Origin: Cycas panzhihuaensis | Lineage: Eukaryota > Plantae > Cycadophyta | DNA: 64,000 nucleotides | NCBI GenBank assembly: GCA_023213395.1 | Contig: CM041465.1 | Span: 143,041,741 to 143,105,740 of the forward strand | Direction: 5' to 3' | Shown here: piece by piece, positions 51,140-64,000 of the stretch | How positions within the stretch are numbered: the stretch's first letter is position 1 | Layout: the number at the start of each line of letters is the position of its first letter | The notes under the pieces: generated by a model | What the model saw: only the letters and a program-made list of their open reading frames with translations | The model's database searches: none | Told to the model about the DNA's origin: nothing | Translations under genes and position numbers: made by a program

Positions 51140-53805
51140 TATTCGATAATGTCTAATCTTAGACTAGGTTATTAGTGTGTTCCCCTTTAATGAGTGTAGT
51201 GAGGTCTTGGCACACACACTTCTTAATATAATAGTGATAGGATGACTAGGAGGTTCTAATATATAGTTAGATAACTATAAGGTAGCATGTGTTATAAATA
51301 TATATTATTTTTTTCATAGTATAAATTAGAGATGATAATTTCTCCCAAAAGGTTGTATTATATTTTAGCACATGTTTTAGTTATTTTTCCATGCAAGTAG
51401 TTAGTATAGTACTAATGTGTTTGGTATTGTGCATCCATGATATCAAATCATGCAATTTTAACATGGTATTAGAGATTCTATTTGATCTCAGAGAGATTAC
51501 AAGACTATAAGCATATACACCTATTTATATTTATTTAGAACTTATTTTAGCTATGTTTATTATGACCAGTAAGAGGGGTTATCTTGTGTATAAGGTAAAA
51601 TCCATTATAGGTTGGAGGAAAGGTCACTGAACCACATTTGTATAGGGTACCTAAAGCATGTTAATGCATGTGTCTAAAGCATGTTTATAATGCTCTAAAA
51701 AATATATTAGTTTGTGTATCTATAGCATTTTAGTAGTTGAGTATTGAAATAAATCCTATTAAAATATAGATGTTATGATTATTCAAATCCCATGGAGGTT
51801 TTCCACCATTTTAATTAAATTTTGGGCTATAGATATGCACATTTATCTAATGTGCATGCAAGTTTTTTTGAGTGTCTAAGAAGAAGGCTTTTAATTAGAC
51901 TTGATTACCATGTTGATGTTGTTGAGATCGTAAGAAGAACCACTTATATTATGCCCTCTATTATGCGATGAGGACACCATATCAATGAGGGTTTGTGGCA
52001 TTTTTTGGTAAAATAAATGAAGTAACCCAGTAAAGGAATGCACTAGTTTTTTAGGGTTATTTAATAGTGGCAAAGCATGTTGGTTATTGTATTTACCTAT
52101 ATTAGTTAATACAACTAATTTTTTATATGTTAAGGAAATTGAGTTCAAGAGGGATTCAACATTGGGCCATCCCAATCAACAAGTTACTAATTTAGTAGTT
52201 TTCCATTCTTGTGATACTATAAAACTAATTGCTAATGATGAGTACTCCTTCATTTTTTATATAGAGCAAGAGATGAGGGGGTTGCAATAGTAGTTGTATA
52301 GTGTAGATTTGTTGAAGAGACTATAGATCTATTGGTGATCTATATTTGCATGATGAATGGTCTACAAAAGTGGTCAACACATTGAGTAAAAAGACAATAT
52401 TAAAGCATTGGAATAACTTTGTTTTATACTTCTTTCCTTGTTAAATGATCACTATTATTTTTGTATGAGTATATTAATCTATGACAATAATATAATCCTA
52501 TACTAAGGCTATGTTTATGAATTGATTTGACAAGCTTAGTAGTTTATCTAATTGGTGGGTAATTGTATCATAGTAGTGGGTAGATTAAAGGCTATCAGGT
52601 ACCTCATAATTATTTATTTCTCAATGTTAAGCATCTTTTATCTATATCTTAAGCTAATTATTGAATTTTAGACGATAGATCTACTTCATAAATCATTGAG
52701 AACTATTAGATTTAATGAATAATAATCATGGCATTGAAAATGCCTTAGATGGGTCACGTAGGTTATGATATTCAAATGGTATTCAATGCAATTATAAAAA
52801 ATACTTTTTACAACATTATAATATTTATGAGATATTTAATTATATTCTTATAAAATGTTAAATCTTCTAACCACTTAGTGAGGTCACATGTGTTGTTTAA
52901 ATTGACTGTGGGCTAATGCCAAAGGGGATTTACTTTTATTGTTCACCTTGTTTTCATTTTTATGGTACATGTGTTCACTTAAATGTTGATATCTTCCTTA
53001 TATGATGTTAAAATTCTATTTTGTCAGCTGTATTAGAGAGTTGACTTGCATGGATTTATAATGAATGAACATACAATATACTTTAAATATTTTTTATGGT
53101 AATTTTTAAGGATTAAATTTCTAGTAATGGTTTGATAAGGTGCTTTTTGAGTTAAATTTAGAACATGTGCCTAAATGAACAGATGTTTTATCACATGTTT
53201 TTACTTAAATAACCATTTATATATGTTTTTCTATAGTTTAGTGAATGGGTTATGGTTTTTTAGCTCAAATTTCTCCTTAAAGTCTAGTTTCAAGTAGGAG
53301 AAACTAGAAATAGATAGGATAAGAGTATGTGAAAGTTGTTTTATAGGTAAATATTAGAGAACCATATAGGTAAAGGTTATTCTAGAGTACTGATGAATAA
53401 AATGATTGATTACGCATATGCATCAATACATGTTTGGTTTTATGCAACATATGCTATAGGTATTAGATATTAAAGGGTTAAATGTTAGATAATGTTTAAT
53501 CTTAAGCTAGGAGATTAGGGTGCATCCATTTAATATATGTTATAGAGTCATGACATGCATACTTTGCAATGTAATATTCATAGTATAACTAGGAGGTTTT
53601 GGCATATGATTAGATGATTGTAAGGTGGCATGTGTTATAAATATATATTGATTTTTTATAATGCAGGTTGGAGATGATCATTTCTCCAAAAGGGTTATAT
53701 TATATTTTGATACATATTTTATTTATTTTATCATGTATATAGTCAGCATAGTCTTGATATGCTTGGTATTATATATCCATGATATCAAATCATATAATCT
53801 TAACA
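51140..53805 (+). mobile_element. Small non-autonomous LTR element (~323-bp LTRs, ~2-kb internal region with no recognisable domains)
   Basis: Direct repeats 51140-51463 and 53483-53805, both ending CCATGATATCAAATCAT...TTAACA. PBS TGGTATTAGAG at 51464, purine tract ATTAAAGGG before 53483. The TSD is poor (AAAAA/AAATT). Confidence 0.8.
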
Positions 53806-56285
53806 AAATTAAGGTGATAAATGAGAATGAATTAACTACTAGATTGATGAATAAAAGAGATAAAATAAAAATTAAAAATAATAGTCAAAGTTGTATGTCC
53901 TAAGTGGATATTTTACCATAAAATTACCTTTGGTTGTTAGCTCACTAATTCAATGTTACAAGGTTCTAGTTATTTTTGTGTAAAATACATACTCCAAGCT
54001 CCTCCAAAGCTTCTCATAAAATAATCTTAATAAGTTTCAAACTAGTACATGAAATTAATCAAAAACTCGATAACACTTTGTTGTTTTTCTTCCCTCTCAT
54101 TCTATTTAAAATGTGGTCTCTATTTATAGAATTTATTAGGTGGCAAAGGGACCTAATATTTTGAAAATATATGGGTAAAAATTAAATGGTTTTTACCTAT
54201 CCCATTAAAGATGGGAGGTGAAGAATTAAATTCATTTCCCTCTATGTATAGGAGGAAAATAGTTTGGAAGAATTCAATGTGTTGAAAATAAGTTGTTTTC
54301 ACACATGTTTTGGGGGGAGAAGTGTAATGTGGAGTATTAACTTCATATCCCTTCCCATGAGAAAATGTAGCTAACTTGATGTTGAAATACATAGTTGAAC
54401 ATACAAATTTTGCTAAAATTTGACATGGGCATGAATTTGGAATGGTATAGAAGTGTATCATTTTAGTTTTTACAATAGTGCTTTACATATTACCATATCT
54501 TTTATAACAATACATAATGTACTATTGTTTTGTATATTTATACTATTGCAAAATAAGGACCATGTACAACTATAGTGTTGTGTTATACTATTGTTACTTT
54601 TCACTTTTTAGAATGGTACATCATATACTATTACCTTTTTTATAATAATATATAATGCACCATTATGAAAAAGAAAACATTGTAAGATTTTACAATGGCA
54701 TGTGGAAGATAATAAAGAAATAGATATTTTTGTAAAGAAAAAAAGTCAAACAAAGGAGAAAATGATGCAAAAGAAGATCTAAGATATAATGGGGTTTCAC
54801 TATCATGAAATTGAGCCTAGGAGTATGGATTTTATTGTACCACTAAAGTTATTCATTATCATAGGTTATAAATGCATGTGCACATCACCACATAATAGGC
54901 AAACATTAGTTTATATATTCATGTAAACATTAAATCAAAATAGAAACCATGATACCAAGTGCATACATGAGTTATCTATGTAATACTTATTGAATGTTGG
55001 AATCTTAAATTTTTGGAAATGTTTGCCCCCTTGCCTTTGAAACCTCCTCAGGCTTACGTTGTAAGATAGGAAATGATTATCCTATAGAATATGTACTCTA
55101 AAGCATGAATCAAGGAAATAATGAATGGAGGATGGCTTAGAAGCCCTGGCTTTATAATAAGATGAAAGATAAGTATCATTGTAACTTAGGTTTATTAGTG
55201 AAGGCTTAGAGAATGTCACCCTTAATTTAACCTTGTTAATAATAACATCAAACAATAGGCACTGCGGTTCAACCTCTTTAGTGGCTATGCTTTGAAGGTA
55301 AGTTTTGAAGAATGGCTTAGAATACTAGACTCTATAATAGGTTTAAAATCTATAAAAAATAGGATGTTCATGTTGGGAGGATTGACATAATTTAATCCTC
55401 GTTAACAATAAGATTTTTAGAGGATTCATCCCTATAATTTAGCCTCATTAGTTATTTATTTCTATAGAAGTATGAATACTAAAGAATTACACAAAATCAT
55501 AAACTCTACAATGGGATTGAAATCCATAAGAAAGAGGGGTGATCTATTATAGGGACCTCTTAAAAATATATGTAACTAATTGATGGACTTCATTGTCTTG
55601 CTCTTAGGAGATGTGTTGTATAGAGACTAAAGAAAATTAAGTTAGTAGGGACCTAGTTGTGTTAGTAAGGGTATGGACTTGGGGATGAAAGACTTAATAT
55701 ACTTTCTTGAGCTAATAAACAACTAATTATGAATAAAAAAATAGTAAAATAGGGCCAAAGGAAACTTATAGTACATTAGTCAGGGCCTTTATAACTATGG
55801 TATATTCAACTATATCATTAGTCATTACTAAGATCAAAAGTAAAATACTCATTATAATATAACTAATATAATCTCTAATAATTGAAGAAGTGGTAGAAGG
55901 TCTACTGTTTCTACATCTTAGTTAGTTAGTATGAATTATCAATGCTATAAAGGAATGTAGTGGTTACTCGGAGATAACTTGATGAATATGGGAATGGTAG
56001 ATGAGTTGACTATTAGAAATAGGGTTCAAAGATCTAGACTTAGCTTTGACTAAGGCTTCTTTTAGGAGGTTAGATCCATGGATGGATTTTCTCATTTAAA
56101 TTATGCTTTTAAAGCTTATTTATTTAAACTCCTAGTGTTGAATTGGTTTTGATCTTAGTTGAGGTCATGATGGATCTAAATAGCTAGACTTAAAGATCTT
56201 AAACAATGCATAGGACCAAACCCAAACTATATATCGTAGGTGAGGATGAAGTTATCATGTAACTTTCTCTAAGTTCCTAAAAGAT

Positions 56286-56382
56286 CTCTCACTCTCACTC
56301 TCTCTCTCTCTCTCTCTCCTCCCTCCCCCCCCCCCCTCTCCCCCGCCTCTCTCTCTCTCTCTCTATAGATATAGATAGATAT
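56286..56382. repeat. Compound (CT)n / poly-C / (ATAG)-like microsatellite
   Basis: Direct reading. Confidence 0.95.
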
Positions 56383-59300
56383 TTCCCTCTCTTCCTTTTT
56401 TATTTTTCCTTTTGTTATTTTGTGTTGTTGATTTTCTTTTCTTTTTCTCTTTTATGGGAGGGTTGCACTTCTACAATGGTTTAGATGAGAGTTTGGTGAA
56501 CTAAATATCACCAAACCCATTTTTGGGATGATGTACTTCATTTGGCCCTATGATTGCCTTGAATGATAGGTTTGTTATGGTCATTACGTAATGCTTACCA
56601 TAACACAATGGATACTCAAATGTATTTAGCTTTACTAAATGTAGTAATAATCGACCAGTCTATAGATCATCACTCCTTCGAAATGATAATAATAATTTAA
56701 TAAACGAGAGGTCTAACAAGCATATAAAGTAAGTTCTTACAGGTTAAACCATAAGAAGTATTTGGTTTACTCATTTAGGGTCCTTATTAGAGCCTAATCT
56801 AAATAAATAAATGTACATGCAAGGGGATAAAAGAGTAACCTGGGCAACCCATAAATTATTTACTACAATGAGGATTATATAGAATAAATTAATAAATATT
56901 AATTAAGTTAAGAGTGCTAAATTTTTAGTAAATTTAATAGATGAATGGTAGGTGGATGGTAAATAAATCTCTAGGTAGGAATATAAATGGCCATAGAATT
57001 ACAACTAAGTGAGCTCATATAAGGCTTTAAAGTATATGCAATAGGTTGGAGTAGTATATGTGATTGGCTAATATAAGTTTAGGGCTAAAAACCATGACTT
57101 TTAACTATAGATATTAATATTCCTTGGGAGAAGTCTCATAACTAAGGCCATAAGGGGCTTAATTCAAGTGGACACTCAATCTCTTAAAGTGTATAATGTT
57201 GAAATAGTTATTAGATTTGAGCTCATTTCTCAAAATAGTTACTTTTGGATATAGAAAAGGGAAAGTTCTAGGATAATCCTAAGAGAAAGCATATATGAGC
57301 AGTATGTATTTTGAGTAATAAGATCAAATTTATTGTGCTTCAAAGTAACTTTAGAGTAGGTTTATTTAACCATTCTAAGGTTCTAAATTCTATCCTATAC
57401 ATGACAACATTTTAGTCATAAGAAATTTGAGGGTTTTTTAATAAATCATGGTCCATAAGAGGGCTTCAAGGAATTTGTTTTAAATTTATATTCTTTAAAT
57501 TCCCAATTTATGTTTATGTGTTAGTTTATTAGATTTAGGTCATTATCCATTTATGAGGTGTTGGCAATTGGGAGTTGATTATAAGAACTTAGAGAAGTGT
57601 TTTTTAATCTAGCAAGTTCTAGTGAGATCATGACTTAGTGGTTGCAACCGAGGTACTTGATCCAATAGGTTTTCATTAAAATTTTATCATTTTTTTCTAA
57701 TTTTTAGCTAAAAGCTTAAATTTTAAGGTTTCCCTAAAATTAGATATTTTGGAAAAATGAGGTTGAATTGGAATTCTATTTTCTATAAACCCAGTGAAAA
57801 TGCTATATAAATTTTTGTCTAATTAGAATTTTAAAATTTATTAAATTTTATTAGTTTTCTCCTCCTTTTCTTTGGTATACAGGAATCATAACACTACATA
57901 TTGTTTGTTTAATGTATGCCATTTTGTTTCATAATTGTATATTTTATATTGTTCTAAATTTTAAAATTATATAAAATATACTATTTTAATTTTTAAAATA
58001 GAATATTTATGTACCAATTTGATTCTTGAAATGATACATTTTTATACCATTCTAATTTTCAAAATGGCATATGAATGTATCATTTTGAATTTAAAAATAA
58101 TACAAGAAATTAAAATGATAGATAAAAAACTTAGGATTTTTTGAAGATCTTTGTTTTTTCTTGCATAATGTTTGCTTTATCTTAGTGCTTTATGATCCTT
58201 CTTATTTCCAACAACTAACTTTTTTTTTTGTATATGCATGAGGTTATTTATGTTACAAATAGTGAATTCATAGGGATTGAGATACTCCATCTTGTTAATA
58301 AGACTCCATCTTATTAATAAGATGGATGATAGGACTTAGGCCACCCTAAAGAGATGTGGCTTTATTGTATTTATAGGTTGAGGAAATATATTTTAAACTA
58401 GACATTTCTCGTTAACCTCATCAGTGATTGGGACAAGTAGTGACAGGTATTCACCCTCCCCTTATATAGAGATCTATAGATTGCTATGTGGGATAATTGT
58501 TAGATTTTCAGAATTTGTTACATCCTGCCTACCCCACTCTCCTCATTTTAGGGACTATGGATCATGAACCAATACCTCATGTAGTTGTTACCACTTTCTT
58601 TACTTTAGGGAGGGGCTTCGTGGTGCAAGGGGATCTTGATAGAAAATTGCTTAGTTATAATTAATATTCTATTAGTACAAAAACTACTTATGGAAACCCT
58701 CATGCTTATTATATCACATAGATAGAGATATGCTATGATTCCTAATAGTTTAGGAATACTGTGCCCTAGTGTAAGGTGGGAGAGTAGTTCAATTAGGATT
58801 CCCTTATCATGGTGAATATGCACTACCTTTTAGGTGTAACTTGGATTGATTAGAGTAGAGGATTTTCTAAATGTTAAGTGCACCAATCATGGTTCTTTGA
58901 TCATTTCCCTATTATGCAGCCTCATGAGGGTTTTGTAGTATTAGATATAGACTCCATAGTGATAAAATAATGGATGTTAAGATTTTTCTAAGGAGGTCTA
59001 AGAAGGCTTATGTCCTAGAGGATCTATACACTAGATATAACCTCTTCATCATTGGTCCAATGTTTTCTAAACTCCTAAGATAGGACTTCATGGGAGTCTG
59101 ATGTAGATGAGTCCATAAATATTAAGGGTAGAGATGGAGAGAATGGGGTGATGAGGGGATGGATATGATGTCAGGGGATCTATAATAGTACATGAATGGG
59201 CCTCAATGATCATAGTGATTAATGATGGGGATGGAGAAGAATATGGATGAGCCTTGGAACTATTGGCTTGGGGTAGACCTAATGAAAGTAATGGCTTAGA

Positions 59301-60479
59301 TCACGATGTTAAGTAACCCTCCTTACTTTATTGTTCTTTCTTTTTTACTTTCCCTAATAAATGTTTCTCATTTATCTACCCCCTATGTCCAATCTAAAAA
59401 TGCCTTTAGGTAATTCTAGTTTATGAGTTTAGAAAAGGCTTAACACATGAGAAGAATATGAATGCTTAAGTGGACAAAACCCTTAATTGAATTTAATAAA
59501 CCCTATTGAGAATATTCTAGATCAAGACATCTTAATCATCCATCTCCTCATCATTTTCAAGTCTAGAATAAATGCCTTATTCTACCCAGGTTAAAACAAT
59601 AGCAAAAGATTACCTATGGTCTTGGAACAGTTTGAGTGTTGAATCAAAACACTCTCTATGACTAATATGTGAAAGTGAGGAAAGTATAGGATTGAAACTC
59701 TAAAAAATTTTAAAAATTAGGATACCATGTATAGACATAGAGTCTTAACATATACCTTTATAGGTTTCAATATAGATGTCATGAAGAATATAGAAGAAAA
59801 ATTCATAAGTAATTATGCTTTTATATATTACACATGAATACTACAATTATCTCATAAAATCTGTCTTATCTTAAATCTATTAGATAAGCACTTAAAAAAT
59901 TAAGAATAGAATAATTGAATAAAATTGATATTCCAATATAATGAGTTCGTGTAACAACAAGATGAATTGAGCATAAAGTGTTACCTAGAATAATCTTTTG
60001 GTACAAAAACTATATCAAAATAACAAAAAGTCCAAGACCTTTCAATAATAAACAATGGTTACCAAAAAGGCTTATACTTTAATGTCATTTTGCTTTTGAG
60101 TCCCTTTATAATAAGGCTTGCATCCTATCAATAATATGTAATTATCGTAATAACTAGAAAATAAAAACATTATACACTTTCCTCTCTAAAAACTCTCTAC
60201 TCAAATCTCCTTTTAAAAGAAGAAATAACCTCTATATGAAAGAGCTCAAGAAGAAGAAATAAGTCTTACAACAAAATAAAAAACAAAAGTAGAAGAACAA
60301 GAAAAATTTGAAGAGAATCCTAGCTAATAAGTCCCTATAATCCTCCAAGTATTCCCTTTTATATAAGAGCCTTCCCTTAAGTTAAAGTAATAGTTGCAGG
60401 TTCATTAGATCTTTAGTGTGATAATCGAATATGTCATTATTGTAGATCATATTTTATCTAGTATAATAGTTGAAACAAG

Positions 60480-61700
60480 GCAAAAAAATCTAGGAAAATA
60501 TTTGAGAATCCACCTCATGAAGCTAACTATGGTACAAGCTCATCATACAACTTGAACATGAAGTATAAATATTTTAGACATTTCAACTTATGAAAACTTT
60601 ATAAGTACTACCTTTGAAGTAGTCTTGACAAATGTGATATTATTAAATGCAGCCCTACACTACTGTTGAGATAGCCATTATGCTTAAAATTAATTGAGCT
60701 ACTTATTAAGGCTAGCTAATGGGGTATATAATATTTCACTTGTGTTTGGACACAAGATTTAACCCTCATGTAATAACCCTACTTTAGCTAATGAATTATA
60801 TACTTATTAATAGAGGATGGATGGATAATAAGTAACTCCATGATTCTTTCCATCCCACACTTATGGTTTTCCTCACAACTAGATTTTTACCTTCAAGTTT
60901 TACCTCTTATACACTTGTATCTGACCTTATTACTGGATTATAATGTTTTCTCATGTTGAAATCCTAGATAAGGGATTACTTTCTTATTAGATAGTAGCTT
61001 ATTTTGAGTTAATTTAATTCTTCATAATTGACTACTTACCTAAGATGGGCCTTGAAATACCATAAGATTTATGTATCCCATGGCCATTTTATGATTAAAT
61101 ATATACCACATCTTATAAATCTTGTGCATGATTACCCAACATGACATCTTCTTGATCCCTCATGAGTGAACCATTTTTTTATCAAATTATTCAAATTAAC
61201 ATCCTAATCCCTTCACCTATAGGTTGTACAACTTGTAATACATTTGTTATCCTAGAACCTTATTTTTTATCCATGAGGATAAGGTGGGGGTATAGGGTGT
61301 AGATAAATATTTTCTTCATGCCTTGTAGCCTTCATAATTATTTGTGGCATTTTTCTTATAGGCCAAGCATACAATCTCATTAATGATGTTTCAGCATTAC
61401 CACAATCCTTAAGGCTTTATTACATCACATTGAGTAATTAGAATTTAATCATTGTATATAATGGGAGATCAATGGTTGTAGTTTATATTATATTTTGAAT
61501 AAAAGGTCTAGGTTATATCTATATTCATGTACTTTATATGTTAGCTTAAGAATTTTCTCTCAAGTATAAGCTCTTATAAATCTTCAACTCATAGAGGTAT
61601 AACCCTATGTGATCACTTCATACACTAATCTTTCTCACATCTGAATTTCTTTAAAAATTTGTTGCAAGAAGAGTCTTCATATGGGAGAACAATTGTGTGA
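60480..61700 (-). pseudogene. Heavily decayed copia RT-RNase H relic
   Basis: Only distorted motif traces, in the expected order on the minus strand (V..QG near 61610, KAL near 61415, AQL near 60700, FVKT for FTK near 60630). Confidence 0.35.
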
Positions 61701-61839
61701 GAATGTATTATCTCTTTATTCGTTACCTTCTTATATTTAAATTTTTACATGGTTTTCTATTTTGATATTGCTTATTTCCTTTGTTTACATTATGGGTCCT
61801 AATGGTTTTATTTTGCATGTCTTTTTGTTTCTTACAAGT

Positions 61840-62150
61840 TACTTGATCTTTTCCTACATGCTTTTGTCTTGCATTTTTTTTTTTCTTGCATTGCTCTCAT
61901 TTTTCTAAGAAGTATTTTCTAAAACTAGGCCTTCTTATGGGATAATTACCTGTGAGAACTATTTTTCTCTTTGATTTTCCCATGTTGGTTATTCTTGATT
62001 GATTGTTTCCTACATGAGAACTTATTTTCTTGAAAAATATTTAGCATAAAATACCTCTATTTAGGAAAAGAATATGTGAGAACTATAACACTTAGCTCTT
62101 TTATTTTCTTGCATTTCATCTTCTTGCATGAGATTGTCCTACATGAATGT
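61840..62150. repeat. Degenerate tandem repeat (TTCCTACATGAGAACT...TTTTCTTG core)
   Basis: CCTACATG / GTGAGAACT / TTTTCTTG recur at ~61853, 61950, 62009, 62077 and 62138. Confidence 0.6.
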
Positions 62151-62584
62151 TCTTTTGTATGCAAAGTGTAAAATGGCAGAAACTCTTCTATTTGATAAAC
62201 ATAACTTTATCCTTCATATTATTTCTATTGCATAACAACCTTTTACTACCAAATAATAATTGTTACCATATCTCTTTCAAACTTCATTCATTTAATGCTC
62301 CCATTGAATTTCATAAAATATACCAAGTAGTAAAACTTTTAAATAGACTATATATGTAGAGTAGGTCTTATTGAGATCACCTCAATATTAAGCTAAAATT
62401 TTTTCTTTACTACTACACCCAAAAGGGGTAACACTTAGCTTATTTATTTAATTTACTTCTTCATGATGGTAGTTGATCTTAGTCTTTTCTCCTTGTTTTA
62501 TAAAATAAAAAATATTGATTAATGATTTATACAATAAATGATTAGTACTCTAGTATTAGAGGTATATATAAATGAATAATTTTT

Positions 62585-62916
62585 TGTTAGAATATTAATA
62601 TATTAGAGATAAATAAGGAGATAATTAGCTGATACATATTTATCTATGTAAGTCATAAAAGTAGTGGGCCCCACATCAAAAATAAATTCTATTATATAAA
62701 TAAATCAATCATACATAATATTATATTATATATCATGTAATATTCTAAAAAATAAAAAAAATAAAGATATCTCATAATACCATTTTTTTATTCGTGTTAT
62801 TTTATTTATTACATTCTATTATTTATTCATTTATATTCAATCATTTACTCTCCTATCAATTATTGCTTTATTATAGTATCAAAGTAAATTTATAAATTCT
62901 AATATGGTATCAGAGC
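62585..62916 (+). mobile_element. 5' LTR (62585-62904) and perfect tRNA-iMet PBS of another LTR element continuing toward the window end
   Basis: TGTTAGAAT...ATTCTAATA inverted termini, TATATAAA box, TGGTATCAGAGC at 62905-62916. Confidence 0.7.
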
Positions 62917-64000
62917 TAAGGTCAATAAAAAGGTTTGAAGTAAAAATCCTAACCTACAAAAGTATGAGAAAATTTTATCCATTTTAAGGTCATTTAAAGA
63001 CCATTTAATGTTGTTTGAAGCCATTATGTATATATACCAAAATACCGTTTAACTTCATTTGAGGTTGTTTCTCTTTGCTTTGCGTTGTTTGGGCTCACTT
63101 TTCATTTGGTGGCCTTATCTATATAATTGCTCTATGTACTTATCATCAACTATGAGAGTTGTGAAGTTTTCCACTATACTGTGTAACTTTCCATTCAATG
63201 AAAACGCATTTGTGACATATATGCTCAAAATTAGAGGGAAACCTTGCCTAAAGATCTATTCATTCACATGACTCTATGAACTATATCTGTAATCATTTCC
63301 TATATATTGAACCTCATCTATATGATAGTCATCGTGTATTTGAGTGAGTACTACTAACACTATGAAGCCCCTGCTCATGTATAATGGTCACATCCTCTAT
63401 GTCTCTATGACCCTTACTAATCAAACCTTCAATATTTAAAGAACCTATATACAACATTTCATTGTTTGAAGGGAGTCCTCTATGTATCTTTATAACCTAC
63501 AATAAGAACCCTTCCTCATAGATCATTGCTCATGAAGATCATAATGTAAGCCCATCCATGTAACTTTCGTGGGAAGTTCCTTGTCCTCCTCTATGATCAC
63601 TGTATCTATCATCTCCCATGCTCACTCGAGCTAAAGAATAAATATTTGGATATTGATATGAGAAATTTAGAGTTCATATAAAGATTTGAAGAGAATTAAT
63701 TGGTTTTTTAAGAAATTATGTAAAAAAATAATCGTCGCCAATCACCAGTAAAAGATCATATAACTTCATAAATTTTAACATTCACTCTATATTTTTTACA
63801 AAGTTTATGTTTAATTAAATTTGATCGAAATGTATTTTGGAGTATGCTGGCTGTTGGAGTGTAATGTCATCACTCAACTCCCTCTTACCTACCAGGACTT
63901 GTGCACCTCAATTTAGACATGTGATGCTCAACATGTCAAGGTAAGTTGAGTTAGTTTCATTTAAGTTAAGTTGCATTATTTTATTATTAATTTGAATTCA

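Overview
AT-rich, CpG/CHG-depleted land-plant nuclear DNA, inferred to come from a very large genome such as a gymnosperm's. It consists almost entirely of nested, decayed LTR retrotransposons, and I found no intact host protein-coding gene. (i) 1-12.8 kb: a chromodomain-bearing Ty3/gypsy element carries several Ty1/copia insertions. One is a Tork/Tnt1-like 'family A' element with three LTRs and two internal units inside a single AAAGA target-site duplication (TSD) (3799-11031). (ii) ~14.1-14.9 kb: a CpG-retaining island holds two divergent tRNA genes, a canonical tRNA-Asn(GTT) and a tRNA-Gln with a CTG-type body but a TTG anticodon. (iii) 19489-44712: a four-level nest with alternating orientation. 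The outer element is Tat/Ogre-like (minus strand, 2.4-kb LTRs, tRNA-Arg-type primer-binding site (PBS)). It keeps protease and archaeal-type RNase H but shows no RT, canonical RNase H or integrase, and its termini look non-canonical. Inside it lie copia B (+), then copia C (-), then a family-A solo LTR (+). (iv) 44.7-64 kb: older unassignable relics, a small 2.7-kb non-autonomous LTR element, further LTR/PBS starts and microsatellites. All coordinates and alignments were read by eye, so boundaries of older relics are approximate.
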